DNA of 64,000 bases. It comes from Heptranchias perlo. Taxonomy: Eukaryota. The first letter of the stretch is position 1, and every line of letters begins with the position of its first letter. Positions 35,293 through 47,300 of this stretch are shown here, one piece after another. Location: assembly GCF_035084215.1 (NCBI RefSeq), contig NC_090337.1, positions 42,036,001-42,100,000 on the forward strand, written 5' to 3'. Position numbers and translations under genes: made by a program. The notes below the pieces were generated by a model. That model was not told the DNA's origin and did not search any database. It worked only from the letters and a program-made list of their open reading frames with translations.

Positions 35293-36485
35293 ATAGAATC
35301 ATAGAATCATAGAAAATAGGAGCAAGAGTAGGCCATTCGACCCTTCGGGCCTGCTCCGCCATTCAAAATGATCATGGCTGATCATCTAACTCAGTACCCT
35401 GTTCCCGCTTTTTCCCCATATCCGTTGATCCCTGTAGCATTAAGAAATATATCTATCTCCTTCTTGAATATATTTAATGACTTGGCCTCCACTGCCTTCT
35501 GTGGTAGAGAATTCCACAGGTTCATCACCCTCTGAGTGAAGAAATTTCTCCTCATCTCAGTTCTAAATGACATACCCCGTATCCTGAGACTGTGACCCCT
35601 GGTTCTGGACTCCCCAGCCATCGGGAACATCCTCCCTGCATCTAGTCTGTCTAGTCCTGTTAGAATTTTATATGTTTCGATGAGATCACTTCTCATTCTT
35701 CTAAACTCTAGTGAATATAGGCCTAGTCGACCCAATCTCTCCTCGTACGTCAGTCCTGCCATCCCAGGAATCAGTCTGGTAAACCTTTGTTGCACTCCCT
35801 CCATGGCAAGGACATCCATCCTCAGATAAGGAGACCAAAACTGCACACAATACTCCAGATGTGGTCTCACCAAGGCCCTGTACAACTGCAGTAAGACATC
35901 CCTGCTCCTGTACTCAAATCCTCTTGCAATGAACGCCAACATACCATTCGCCTTCCTAACTGCTTGCTGCACCTGAATGCTCGCTTTCAGCGACTGGTGT
36001 ACAAGGACACCCAGGTCTCGTTGCACTTCCCCTTTTCCCAATCTATCACCATTCAGATAATAATCTGCCTTTCTGTTTTTACAACCAAAGTGGATAACCT
36101 CACATTTATCCACGTTATACTGCATCTGCCATGTTCTTGCCCACTCATCCAACTTGTCTAAATCACATTGGAGCCTCTTTGCATCCTCTTCACAGCTCAC
36201 ATTCCACCTCAGCTTTGTGTCGTCTGCAAACTTGGAAATGTTACATTCAGTTCCCTCATCCAAATCATTGATATATATTGTGAATAGCTGGGGCCCAAGC
36301 ACTGATCCCTGTGGTACCCCACTAGTCACTGCCTGCCACCCAGAAAAAGACCCATTTATTCCTACTCTCTGCTTCCTGTCTGTCAACCAGTTCTCAATCC
36401 ATGCCAGTATATTCCCCCCAATCCCATGTGCTTTAATTTTGCACACTAACCTCTTGTGTGGGACCTTATCAAAAGCCTTCTGAAA
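35293..36485 (-). mobile_element. Relatively young CR1 LINE (RT C-terminal half open), nested in an L2 tail
   Basis: 375-aa ORF with FQKAFDKVPH, GVPQGSVLGP, IYINDL, FADDTKL; (catagaat)n tail; atata duplicated at both junctions. Confidence 0.92.
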
Positions 36486-37465
36486 ATATAACACCTTTAA
36501 CATAGTAAAATGTTCCAAGGTACTTCACAGGAACGTTATCAAACAAAATTTGACACTGAGCCACATAAGGAGATATTAGGACAGGTGACCAAAAGCTTGG
36601 TCAAAGAAGTAGGTTTTAAGGTGCGTCTTAAAGGAGGAGAGAGAGGTAGAGAGGCAGAGAGGTTTCGGGAGGGAACTCCAGAGCTTAGGACCTAGGCAGC
36701 TGAAGTCATGGCCGACAATGGTGGAGCGATTAAAATCGGGGATGCGCAAGAGGCCAGAATTGGAGGAGTGCAGAGATCTCGGAGGGTTGTATGGCTAGAG
36801 GAGTTCACAGAGATAGGGAGGGGAGAGGCCATGGAGGATTTGAAAACAAAGATGAGACCGGACTGGGAGCCAATGTAGGTCAGCGAGCACAGGGGCGATG
36901 GATAAACGGGACTTGATGTGAGTTAGGATAGGGGCAGCAGAGTTTTGGATGAGTTCAAGTTTATTGAGGGGGGAAGATGGGCATTGGAATAGTCAAGCCT
37001 AGAGGTAACAAAGGCATGGATGAGGGTTTCAGCAGCAGATGAGCTGAGGCAGGGGCTGAGACGGGAGATGTTATGGAGGTGGAAGTGGGCGGTCTTAATG
37101 ATGGAGCGGATATACGGTTGGAAGCTCATCTCACGGTCAAATAGGATGCCAAGGTTGCGAACGCTCTGGTTGATCCTCAGACGATGGTCAGTCAGAGGGA
37201 TGGAGTCAATGGCTAGAGAATGGAGTTTGTGGCGCGGACCGAAGAAAATGACTTCGGTCTTCCAAATATTTAATCAAAGGAAACTTCTGCTCATCAGACA
37301 AGCAGCCTGACAAATTAGAGGCATTGGAGGGGTCGAGAGTGGTGGTGGTGAGGTAGAGCTGGGTATCGTCAGTGTACTGGTGGAACCTGACGTCGTATTT
37401 TAGGATGATGCCACTGAGGGGCAGCAAGTAGATGAGAAATAAGAGGGAGCAAAGAATAGATCTCT
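36486..37465 (-). mobile_element. L2-type LINE remnant (tail at about 35273-35295)
   Basis: FHQYTDDTQLYL and AAETLIHAFVTSRLDYSN motifs. Confidence 0.85.
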
Positions 37466-38058
37466 ATAAGGTTCCAAAGTAAAGCAGGATTTCAGGTAAA
37501 CCATGGTACCTATTGAAAACCACAGAAGCATGTTCATTTTAGGCTTAACATTTTGAATGTAAAAATACATAACAGCACCTACAAATTGATGTAAATAACT
37601 AATGAATGTTATTTTGTGTTTTCACAGCATTCTATCCATCATGTCCTTATCCATTGGGAGCTCCATCAGGCAACCATGGTTCATTTGAGGATAAGTACCA
37701 TCTGGTCCGGGAGATTGCTACAAAAATACCTTCAAGAAAACAAGCAGGATCAGAAGGAACTACATTCCCTTTTGGAGCATCAACATTAATAACTGATAGG
37801 TTATTAAGGCAGCTGATAAATCAGACAGGCAGAGAACTTCCTTGCAGCTGCCAAAATGATTGACAGGTCTACTGCTCCTCAGGCACTTGGGCCAGCCTCA
37901 ACTCCCATGAGAAAGAATAGTTAAAAATCCAGCACAACGGCCATCATCACAAGGAGATTACAACCAGGGGGATAGAAAAAACCTCCAGAACCTCCATCAA
38001 CAACCGTCCAGGAACTGCATTGTTTCCAGATGAATGACACATGAAGGTCCACACTTGT

Positions 38059-39068
38059 AAGAAAGAACTAACTTGCATTTATATAGTGGGTTTCAGGATG
38101 TCCCAAAGTGCTTTACAGCCACTGAGATACTTTTGAAGTATAGTCACTGTAGGAAAGACAGCGATGAGATAATGACCAGATAGCGATGTTAGTTGAGGGA
38201 TAAATAATGGCCAGAACACCAGGGAAAACTCCCCAGCTCTTCTTCAAATAGTGCTATGGGATCTTTTACATCCACCTGAGAGGGCAGTGTGGAAATGCAT
38301 AAAGGGATACTTGACCATATTAACTCTCTCTCTAATACACCTAACTCACGAATGTAGAAATGCATGAAGGGATACTTGACCATATTAACTGACTAGCTAA
38401 TTCACTTAAACTCACATAATAAAGTTTCTCACGAAAACACATAGAAGCACAATTGTGTAATTACTTTGAGTTTCTCATGCTGATAGCTGTCCTCCCTTTA
38501 GATAGGTAGCTGACTAACAGGAATAAATGACCATATAGCCTTGAGACTAGCTACAGACTTACTGATAATAAAGACAGTTTCTTAGGGAAAAAGCACTTTC
38601 CCAGGCCTGCGTCCAGGATATCAAGATGGCTATGGGAACTCGAGGGTGGGTTCCCTATTTTGATTGACCAATAAAGAATGTACATGTACGCCCATATTCT
38701 GTGACAGGTGGGTGTTGTTACTGAGCTGTATAAACGTGAGCTGTTTCTTGAACTTGGCGAAGATGTATCCTCAACCATTGTCTTGAGGTGCTCTTCCGCT
38801 TGTACAAGTAAAATAATAAATTCTCGCTTGTTCTACTTTTGTTTGGGTGTTAATGCATTGTATAGAATAAGTAATATTAAGTTTCGACAGCAGACAGGGC
38901 CTTGGTTTAATATCTCATCTAAAAGACGTCACCTCTGAGCATGCAGCACTCCCTCAGTAATGTACTAGAAGTATCAGCCTAGATTTTGTGCTCAATTCCC
39001 TGGAGTGGGTCTTCAACCTACAACTTTCTGACTCAAAAAAAGCAAGAGCACTGAGCCACGGCTGCCAC
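38059..39068 (-). mobile_element. DeuSINE/SacSINE1-like SINE split by a solo LTR
   Basis: Tail acttgcatttatatag at about 38070; head half (gcagcactccctcagta...ctgagccacggctg) at 38890-39068; reverse complement of the SINEs at 42275 and 45410. Confidence 0.8.
38288..38889 (+). mobile_element. Solo LTR (602 bp)
   Basis: TG...CA termini with imperfect IR tgtggaaa/tttcgaca; 4-bp TSD GCAG (38284-38287 and 38890-38893); TATAAA near 38729 and downstream AATAAA; internal ~34-bp direct repeat. Confidence 0.85.
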
Positions 39069-39277
39069 ATTTGTAAAACTAAAGCCTTTGAAGAAGAGAA
39101 AGCGAATAGGAACAAATGCATGGAGGTGAATTTTAATACCTTTTTGTTAGGAAAAGGATATACTTTTTAATAAAGTATAAAGTGATAAAAATAAATAGCC
39201 AAAAAGCCATTGTATAATATCCAAGGTTAACTACTTTAAATTGATAATGTAGAAATAGTATCATTGTATCAAAATAT

Positions 39278-41810
39278 GTTACTGCACAGAAGGAGGCCAT
39301 TCGGCCCATCGTGCCTGTGCTGGCTCTTAAAAAGGACTATCCAATTAGTCCCACTCCCCTGTTCTTTCCCCATATCCCTGTAAATATTTTCCTTTCAAAT
39401 ATTTATCCTATTCCCTTTTGAAAGTTATTATTGAATCTGCTTCCACAACCCTTTCAGGCAGTGCATTCCAGATCATAACAATTCTGCGTAAAAAAACGTT
39501 TCCTCGTGTCGTCGCTGGTTCTTTTCCCAATCACCTTAAATCTGTGTCCTCTGGTTACCGACCCTTCTGCCACTGGAAACAGTTTCTCCTTATTTACTCT
39601 ATCAAAACTGTTCATGATTTTGAACACCTCTAACAAATCTCCTCTTAACCTTCTCTGCTCCAAGGGGAACAATCCCAGCTTCTCCACATAACTGAAGTCC
39701 CTCATCCCTGGTACCATTCTAGTAAGTCTCTCCTGCACCCTATCTAAGGCCTTAACATCCTTCCTAAAGTGTGGTACCCTGAATTGAACACAATACTCTG
39801 AGGCCTAACCAGAGTTTATAAAGGTTTAGCATAACTTCCTTGCTTTTGCACTCTGTGCCTCTATTAATAATGCTCAGGATTCCATATGCTTTTAAACAGC
39901 CTTCTCAACTTGTCCTACCACCTTCAAAGATTTGTGTACATACACACCCCAGATCTCTCTGTTCCTGTACCCTCTTCAAATTTGTACTATTTAGTTTATA
40001 TTGCCTCTCCTCATTCTTCCTACCAAAATGTATCACTTCACACTTCTTGCATTAAATTTCATCTGCCATGTGTCTACCGAAAGCTTGTGATTTTCAAATA
40101 AAATTGTTGGACTATAACTTGGTGTTGTAAGATTGTTTACATGTGTCTACCCGTTTCACCAGTCTGTCTATGTCCTCTTGAAGTCTGTTACAGTCCTCCA
40201 CATTGTTTACTACATTCCCGAGTTTTGTGTCATCTGCAAACTTTGAAATTATTCCCTGTATACCCAAGTCCAGGTCGTTATTACATATCAAAAAGAGAAG
40301 TGGTCCTAATCCTGGAGAACACCGCTGTATACTTCCCTCCAGTCTGAAAAACAAATGTTCACCACTACGCTCTGCTTTCTGTCCCTTAGCCAATTTTGCA
40401 TCCATGCTGCCACTGTCCCTTTATTCCCTTGGGCTTTAATTTTGCTTACAATCTATTATGTGGCACTTTATCAAATGCCTTTTGAAAGTCCATATACACA
40501 ACATCAACAACACTACCCTCATCAACCCTCTCCATTACTTCATCAAAGAATTCAATCAAATTAGTCAAACACAATTTTCTTTTAACAAATCTGTGCTGAC
40601 TTTCATTTATTAGCCCATACTTTTCCAAGTGCCAATTAATTTTGTCCCAGATTATTGTCTCTGAAAGTTTCCCCACCACTGACATTAGGCTACCTGGCCT
40701 GTAATTGTCGGATGTATCCCTCTCCCCTGTTTTGAACAGGGGTGTAACATTTGCAATCCTAAAGTCCTCTGGCACTATCCCCATAACTAAAGAGGATTGG
40801 AAGATTGCGGCCAAAGCCTTCACAATTTCTACCCTTACTTCCCTCAGTAACCTAGGATGCATCCCATTTGGACCAGGCGACTTTTCTATTTTAAGTATTG
40901 CCAACCTTTTAAGTACCTCCTCTTTATCTATTTTTGTCCTATCCAATATCACTCCTTTATTGCTACATTGGCAGCATCCTCTTCTCTAGTGAAGACCAAT
41001 GCGAAGTATTCATTTAGTACCTCAGCCATACCCTCTGGCTCCACAAGAAGATCTCCTATTTTGTCCCTAATCGGCCCCACCATTCCTTTGACTGCCCTTT
41101 TGCTATTTATATGTCCATAAAATACTTTTGGGTTGCCTTTTATATTAGCCGCTAATCTATTCTTATACTCTTTCTTTGCCCCTCTTATTCCCATTTTTAG
41201 ATCTCCTTTGTACTTTCTGTATTCAGCTTGGTTCTCTACTGTATTATGAACCTTGCACTTGTCATAAGCCTCCTTTTTCTATTTCATTTTAAATCTCTAT
41301 ATCTTTAGTCATCCAGGGAGCTCTAGCTTTTAATGTCCTTCCTTTTCCCCTCATGGGAACGTATCTATTCTGTACCCAAACCCTCTCCTCCTTGAAGGCC
41401 TCCCATTTTTCAATTACTGTTTTCCCTACCAATTTTTGCTTCCAATTAACTCATTGAAATTAGTCCTCCTCCAGTTAAGTATTTTTATGCTTGATTGTTC
41501 CTTGTTCTTTTGCATAACTATTCTAAGCCTAATGATAAATTGAAGTCCCCTGGTATCACTACTCTATAGATGTTGCATCTTTCTGTAATTTGCCTGCAGA
41601 TCTGCTCCTCTATCTCCTTCCCACTATTTGGTGGCCTATAGTATACACCCAGTAGCATAATAGATCCTCTATTGTTCCTTAGTTCTAACCAAATAGATTC
41701 CGGGTTTGACCCCTCAACGACATCATCCCTTTCCAGTACTATAATAGTTTCTTTGATCAATACCGCCACCCCCCCACCTTTCTTTCCTTCCCTATCTTTC
41801 CTTAATATTG
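39278..41810 (-). mobile_element. CR1 LINE, long decayed ORF2 (APE to RT)
   Basis: LRKDREGKKGGGVAVLIK, LLGVYYRPP (endonuclease); KSPGPNGMHPRLL, YMDFQKAFDKVPH, FADDTKL (RT); several frameshifts. Confidence 0.9.
40079..40139 (+). mobile_element. 61-bp Penelope pLTR micro-insertion within CR1
   Basis: gaaagcttgtgattttcaaataaaattgttggactataacttggtgttgtaagattgttta matches 24169-24229 with 4 mismatches; flanked by CATGTGTCTACC at 40067-40078 and 40140-40151. Confidence 0.9.
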
Positions 41811-42274
41811 GAATAAATGACTGAATTCTTACAGTTTTATATATATATGTGAGCAATAATGGTATTATGGCATGATTCATACTCCACATCATATTTGTCA
41901 GGAGTAGTTACTTGGATTGTGCTTATGTAATTATCCCAATACACTGAAGGGTATGGAAAATATCTATTTATGGCTAGTAAACTAGAAAATAAACCATCAA
42001 TAATTAAAAGTATCTGATGCAAGGAGCAACATCTGTTGCAGTAGGACAAGTTACATATGGTTTGGGAGAAACGAATACCCTTCAGGTGTTTTGTAGAGGT
42101 AATGATAAAACACTTTCCTATTTCTGAGGCTTCTTCATCAAAGGAATGGTCATGACTGCCACCTGGCTGTGGGTAAAATACATTAGATGAATGTACTGGT
42201 ACCAAACATCTTTTTCCTCTCGTTCATGTATGTTGTGGACTATCACATGTGTGATCATAACATGGAGCATTAAA

Positions 42275-42703
42275 GGTGTCAGCCTTGGTTCAGTTGTACC
42301 ACTTTCACTTCTGACTCAGAAACTTCAGTACATAATCTAGGTGGACATGCAGTGTAGTACTGAAGGAGTGCTGCACAGTTGGAGGTGTCGTTTTTCAGAT
42401 GAGATATTAAACCAAAGCCTCATCTGCCCTCTCAATTAAACATTAAAGAGCAAATGACACTATTCAAAGAAGAGCAGGGCTGTTGTCTTGGCCAATATCC
42501 ATCCCTCAAAAAACACAACTAAAACAGTTTATCTGTCATTTATCTCATTACTGTTTGTGGGATCTTGCTGTATGAAAATTGGCTAGTGTGTTGCCTACAT
42601 TACAACAGTGACTACACTTTAAAAGTACTTCATTGGCTGTTGAGTGCTTTGGGCTGCCCTTAGGATGTGAATGGTAATATATAAATGCAAGTTATTTCTT
42701 TCT
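42275..42703 (+). mobile_element. DeuSINE/SacSINE1-like tRNA-derived SINE
   Basis: Head gtgtcagccttggttcagttg, core gtactgaaggagtgctgcac, L2-like tail tatataaatgcaagtt. Confidence 0.8.
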
Positions 42704-45409
42704 AAAGAATGGTCCAGCTTTATCTTCTTCAGAAGAATGAACCAATATACTTTGAGCCAATTCCATTAACACATATGTTCTGTTCATTGGTAATCATCTT
42801 ACTTTGTGTTTAGTCATCCATGTGGATAGGTTTTTAGGAGCCACAGCAGTCATGGATAAGCCACATCACCAAAAGTAATTGGGGAGAACTGGGACAGTGC
42901 ATATATTTCACTCCAGAGATTTTAATACCAGTCAAATCTTAGTGCTTGAATAGCAGGATGGCTTCACTAAAAAAGAATTAATAATTACATGTGGTTTCCT
43001 TACACACACTCAAGGCAGTAAATGAACACTTGTAAAAAGCTAATAGCCATAAAACAGCAACATTGTATAATGACCCAAGATTATGGCAATTTATGTTTCT
43101 AAACTTTGAAAACAACAAAATACTTAGCATGCAAACTTTCTAAAAGCAGGATTTCCATATGGACAAACTGTATCGTATTTGGTCACCCACTATTGGTTCC
43201 AGTAAATAATTCTCTTTTGGTTGTTAATATAGTTCCTGAAACTAATTATGAGAGCAGTTATGAGAATAGTGGTACCATTGAGAATAGACAGCACTCGAAA
43301 ATTGTTGCTACACTGCTGAAACTGGACTGCTATTCCACATATCTTTGTTCATTAGGCGTTCTGACATAAGTGTTCAACAGCCAAGCGACCACACTATATG
43401 TGGAGAAATTTCTTTATCACGGTCTTGTAAATCCAACTCTATACATTTGCTGAAAAATGGGAGATGACTGTAGGAGATCAAAAATGCCTAGATTTTAGGC
43501 AAGAAACCAGGTCTACACTTTAGATATTTGTAAAATATGAATTATTAAAGATGCCTAATAAGCTTTACAAATATTGTAAATTGCTGAACTGGATGTTTCT
43601 CAACTTACAATTTTTGCCCAACAAGTCAATCACTGGAGTTTCCCTTACTAGGGTTAAGCATGTCATCTATTGTCGGGAGGCCATCTTACTAATCGCAAAA
43701 CAGATCTAAACAAATATAAAACAACAATAGGTAATAGCAGATAACACAGATGGGGGAAACAACTGTTCACCATTATGCTTGGCAATACTACATTGTCCTT
43801 AAGTTATTAACTTCTACTTAATATCCAAATGCTATTTTTCAAAATCAGCATCCATTTGTGGTATTGCAACTGTGTCATCTTTCAGATTCATATGGCTTGC
43901 AAATGGACATGGCAATTTATACTTGTAATAGCTTCAAATCATAGATAAGATACCAAGCTGCAATTCTGACAGCAAAAAAAATAATAAATGTAACTCATTT
44001 GCCCTAGTCTGTACTACTACACCACCTGTGTGTGAGCATGACACCAGAAAATGTCATGTTTGTCACATGCAACAAACCCTCAGGCAGTTTTAATAAAACG
44101 AGCAATGTTTGTTATCATGATGAACTTGGTGATGGAAGATGGAATATGGCTCTAGCGTGAAGTATGATGTATTGTTTCTCTAATGTGTAATATAGAAATG
44201 ACTTATTCCTCTGCATACGATTCACACATGACGAGATGTGTAAAGGAATGTAGGAGCAGAGATTAGTAACATTTGACAAATGAATGCTGCACTGTTCACT
44301 GATGGCGCATTTAAAAATGTTGGAACATTTGCGAGGAATTATTTCCTGAATAGAACAAAAGCAAAAGCCATTTGATTTTTGATTTTTGAAATGCACATTG
44401 AAAAAAAGATGAATGAATAATGAACTTCACCCAGCGTATAATTTGATTTGGACTGTAATATTGTGCTTGGATTCAGTGTTCGAGTCGTGTAGAGAGGGTT
44501 CCAACAGTAAATATGCAAATGAGTGCATGCAACATAGTCCACCTGTTTTAGTAGAGACCTTGGAGGGAGAAATGGTTATGAAAGGAGTACCACTGAAATG
44601 CATACTGTCATTTTTATCTTCAGTTCATCGAAAGACCAATGCAAACCTTACAAATGAATTGAAGTGTTTCGTGAAGCATGTGTTCATGTGCTAAATATTG
44701 TTTGTGAGACCTGGCAGCAGAGTGCAGTGTTTTGGAGACCAATATGATGCAGCATGAGGCAATAGCACACAAGCATGCAACAGCACTTCTCCACATAGCA
44801 AGTTTCCTAACCTCAGCTGAACCATTGTGGGGAGGTACCAGGTAGAAGTCAGATGTTTGCCTGCAGGCAGGAAGGAAAATAAATAAGAGGACCAGATACC
44901 CCATGCCTTGCTTCCACACTTGACAAGATAACTGGGAGCTGGGTCTTAAACATCCCTCTCCTTGCTGGGGAAGGTGTATGGTATGCTTCAGGAAATAACA
45001 AGGAGGAAATCATCTAAATTCTCATTTCTTCATTTGGTACTGACCAGGGAACCCCCAACACATACCATCTGCTTTGATATTTTCGGGCCCATATTAACAT
45101 TAGTCTTCAGCCTAACCCGGTGAATTAATTTGCCATTGATCATTCAAGCACACATCAACCCCCAGAATAGCGAGGCACACCATTTATAAGTACTGCTGTG
45201 AGCAAAGTTCACATACTGATCAAAAAGTTGTGCTAGTGGTTGCAGCCCTGCATCCTCCAAAATCTGCCACTACTGTGGATTTGCTGTGGCCAACTCCTCC
45301 TTCCAAAAAACTCACCCACTTTTTAAATAATGGAGTCCTATAGGATATCCAACTGCCAGATCACCTAATTGATTGATTTTGTCCCATCAGAGCCCTATTG
45401 TTCTGTTCA

Positions 45410-45876
45410 AGTATCAACTTGGTTCAATGGAGGCTCTCTCTCCTCTGAGTAAGAAGGCTATGGGCTCAAGTCCCACTCCCAGACTTGAGCAGATTATTTA
45501 GGTTGAAATTTCAATGCAGTACTGAGTGAGTGCTGCAGTGTCAGAGGTGCCATTTTTCAGATCAAACATAAACCAAGGCCCCATCTGCCTGTTCGGATAG
45601 ACATAAAAAATACTATAGCACTTTTTCAAAGAAGAGCAGGAAGTTATCCCAGTGTCCTGCCCAACATGCATCCCTCAATCAATACCACCAAAACAGATTA
45701 ACTGATCATTTATCTCTTTGCTTCTTGTGGGATCTTGCTGTGCACATATTGGTTATCACATTTATCTAACAAACAATAGTGACTACACTTCAGAAGTAAT
45801 TCATTGGCTGTGAATTGTTTTGGGATGTCATGAGGTGTGAGAGGTTCTATATAAATGCAAATTAATGCTTTTCTTT
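45410..45876 (+). mobile_element. DeuSINE/SacSINE1-like tRNA-derived SINE
   Basis: B-box-like gggctcaagtccc; same core and tail as 42275-42703. Confidence 0.8.
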
Positions 45877-47089
45877 CCAATCTCAACAGCAGGTTTAATG
45901 GCCTTTGCTGCTTCACACTTTTCAGGTACTTAACTGGGAAAAGTGTCATTATTGTTATTGCCTCCAAAGTGGTGTAAACAGTAATGGCAAAATGGGCAAA
46001 AAAATTCTTCCAGTGAAGAATAAGTGATTTTCCACAAAAAACATTCATGTAAAATATTCCAGAAAACAAGACGATTAATACCCCTGATTGCTGGAAGTGA
46101 AAAATTTGCCCTTGCATCATCGTGTTGTGGGAAAGATCTGGGAGAAAGATAATTAGCAACTCTACCTTTGCACTGACTACACCTGTTCTAATATTAATCT
46201 CTTCACACCATATTATGATCTGCTTTGAAGTTACAATTATTTAAATGTTATACATTCAATTAATTCTACTAAAACAATAAAATTAAGCTCTTTGTAAGTT
46301 AAACCATGCATAACAGAGTTTGTACAAGTTTAATTTTCTTGTTAGCGCTGTGTATAATTGCAGATAACACATATCGGGAGTCACTTGGGGAAATGCATTC
46401 TTTTATACAGAATGCCACTTAAAGAGTCTCTAGAAGCTGTGAAATAGCAACGTTACCAAGTTCTTATTTCCCTTTCTGGGAACTTTAACTCTTTTATATA
46501 AAAAAGAGTGTACCTTAATTGGACACATATAAGGGCATAATGTTTATGCTGAGTAGTTCTGCACGTTCTAAAGTGTACAGGCCCGAAATTCTGAGATCTC
46601 TTTTGGTGAGAAAATATTTGGTGTGGGAGACTGGAATTTGGGATGTAAAGCACATTAGCCAGAGTTATGCCCATTCTAAATATACCATAAATTCTGCTAC
46701 AGAAGATATAGCTGCCCCCAAACTAGTGCATGTATGTAAATGACAGGACAATGAGGGCAAATGCTGCTGTCCCAGAAATCCCTCCATTTACACCAGAACT
46801 GCACCTGACATAAACTAAGCTTGTAGAAAAAGAGTAAGTTATCTGCATGACTTGTAAAACCAGGAAGTGGTTAAGTTCACAGGCTTTGAAAGTCCACAAC
46901 TTGGTCTGAAACATCAGCATTGACTGAAGCGATTAGAAGAATATTTTCTCACCTGTGCAACTAAGAAAAGATTCTGCAAGTTGCCTTTCAGCAGTTCCAG
47001 ACAGGAAAATCTTTTGCTTCTCACCCTTCTGTCATGGAGCCCTGACCATGGGGTTCACTATGGACATTCCCATAAATGCCCTTAGAATT

Positions 47090-47300
47090 GAGGCAGAACT
47101 GGAGCAAGGGGAAGAGGAAATTATAGACACTTACAGTGTAAGGCTGCACAAAAGAGAAGACCATTCCACCAGAGTCTACAAATCATGTTGCTCCTCGATG
47201 ATGCCTCAGAAGATGACAACCACACTCAACGTTTATGGCACAGGCTAATTTCAGGCAACTGCAGTAAGGGAATGCATTCATCAGGTGTCTGACACACTTT
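47090..47300 (+). pseudogene. Internally deleted Harbinger transposase N-terminal remnant
   Basis: KMTTTLNVYGTG*FQAT...ECIHQVSDTL resembles the family motif KVTAALNFFASGSFQ...CIRQVTDAL. Confidence 0.5.

Noticed and set aside
37630-37863. Plus-strand acceptor followed by a ~78-codon open frame
   Set aside because: No clear homology; alternative frames look like a decayed transposon accessory gene.
44115-44346. Minus-strand acceptor (ttttgcttttgttctattcAG) with a Cys-rich open frame
   Set aside because: No recognisable domain or donor; could be chance or UTR.
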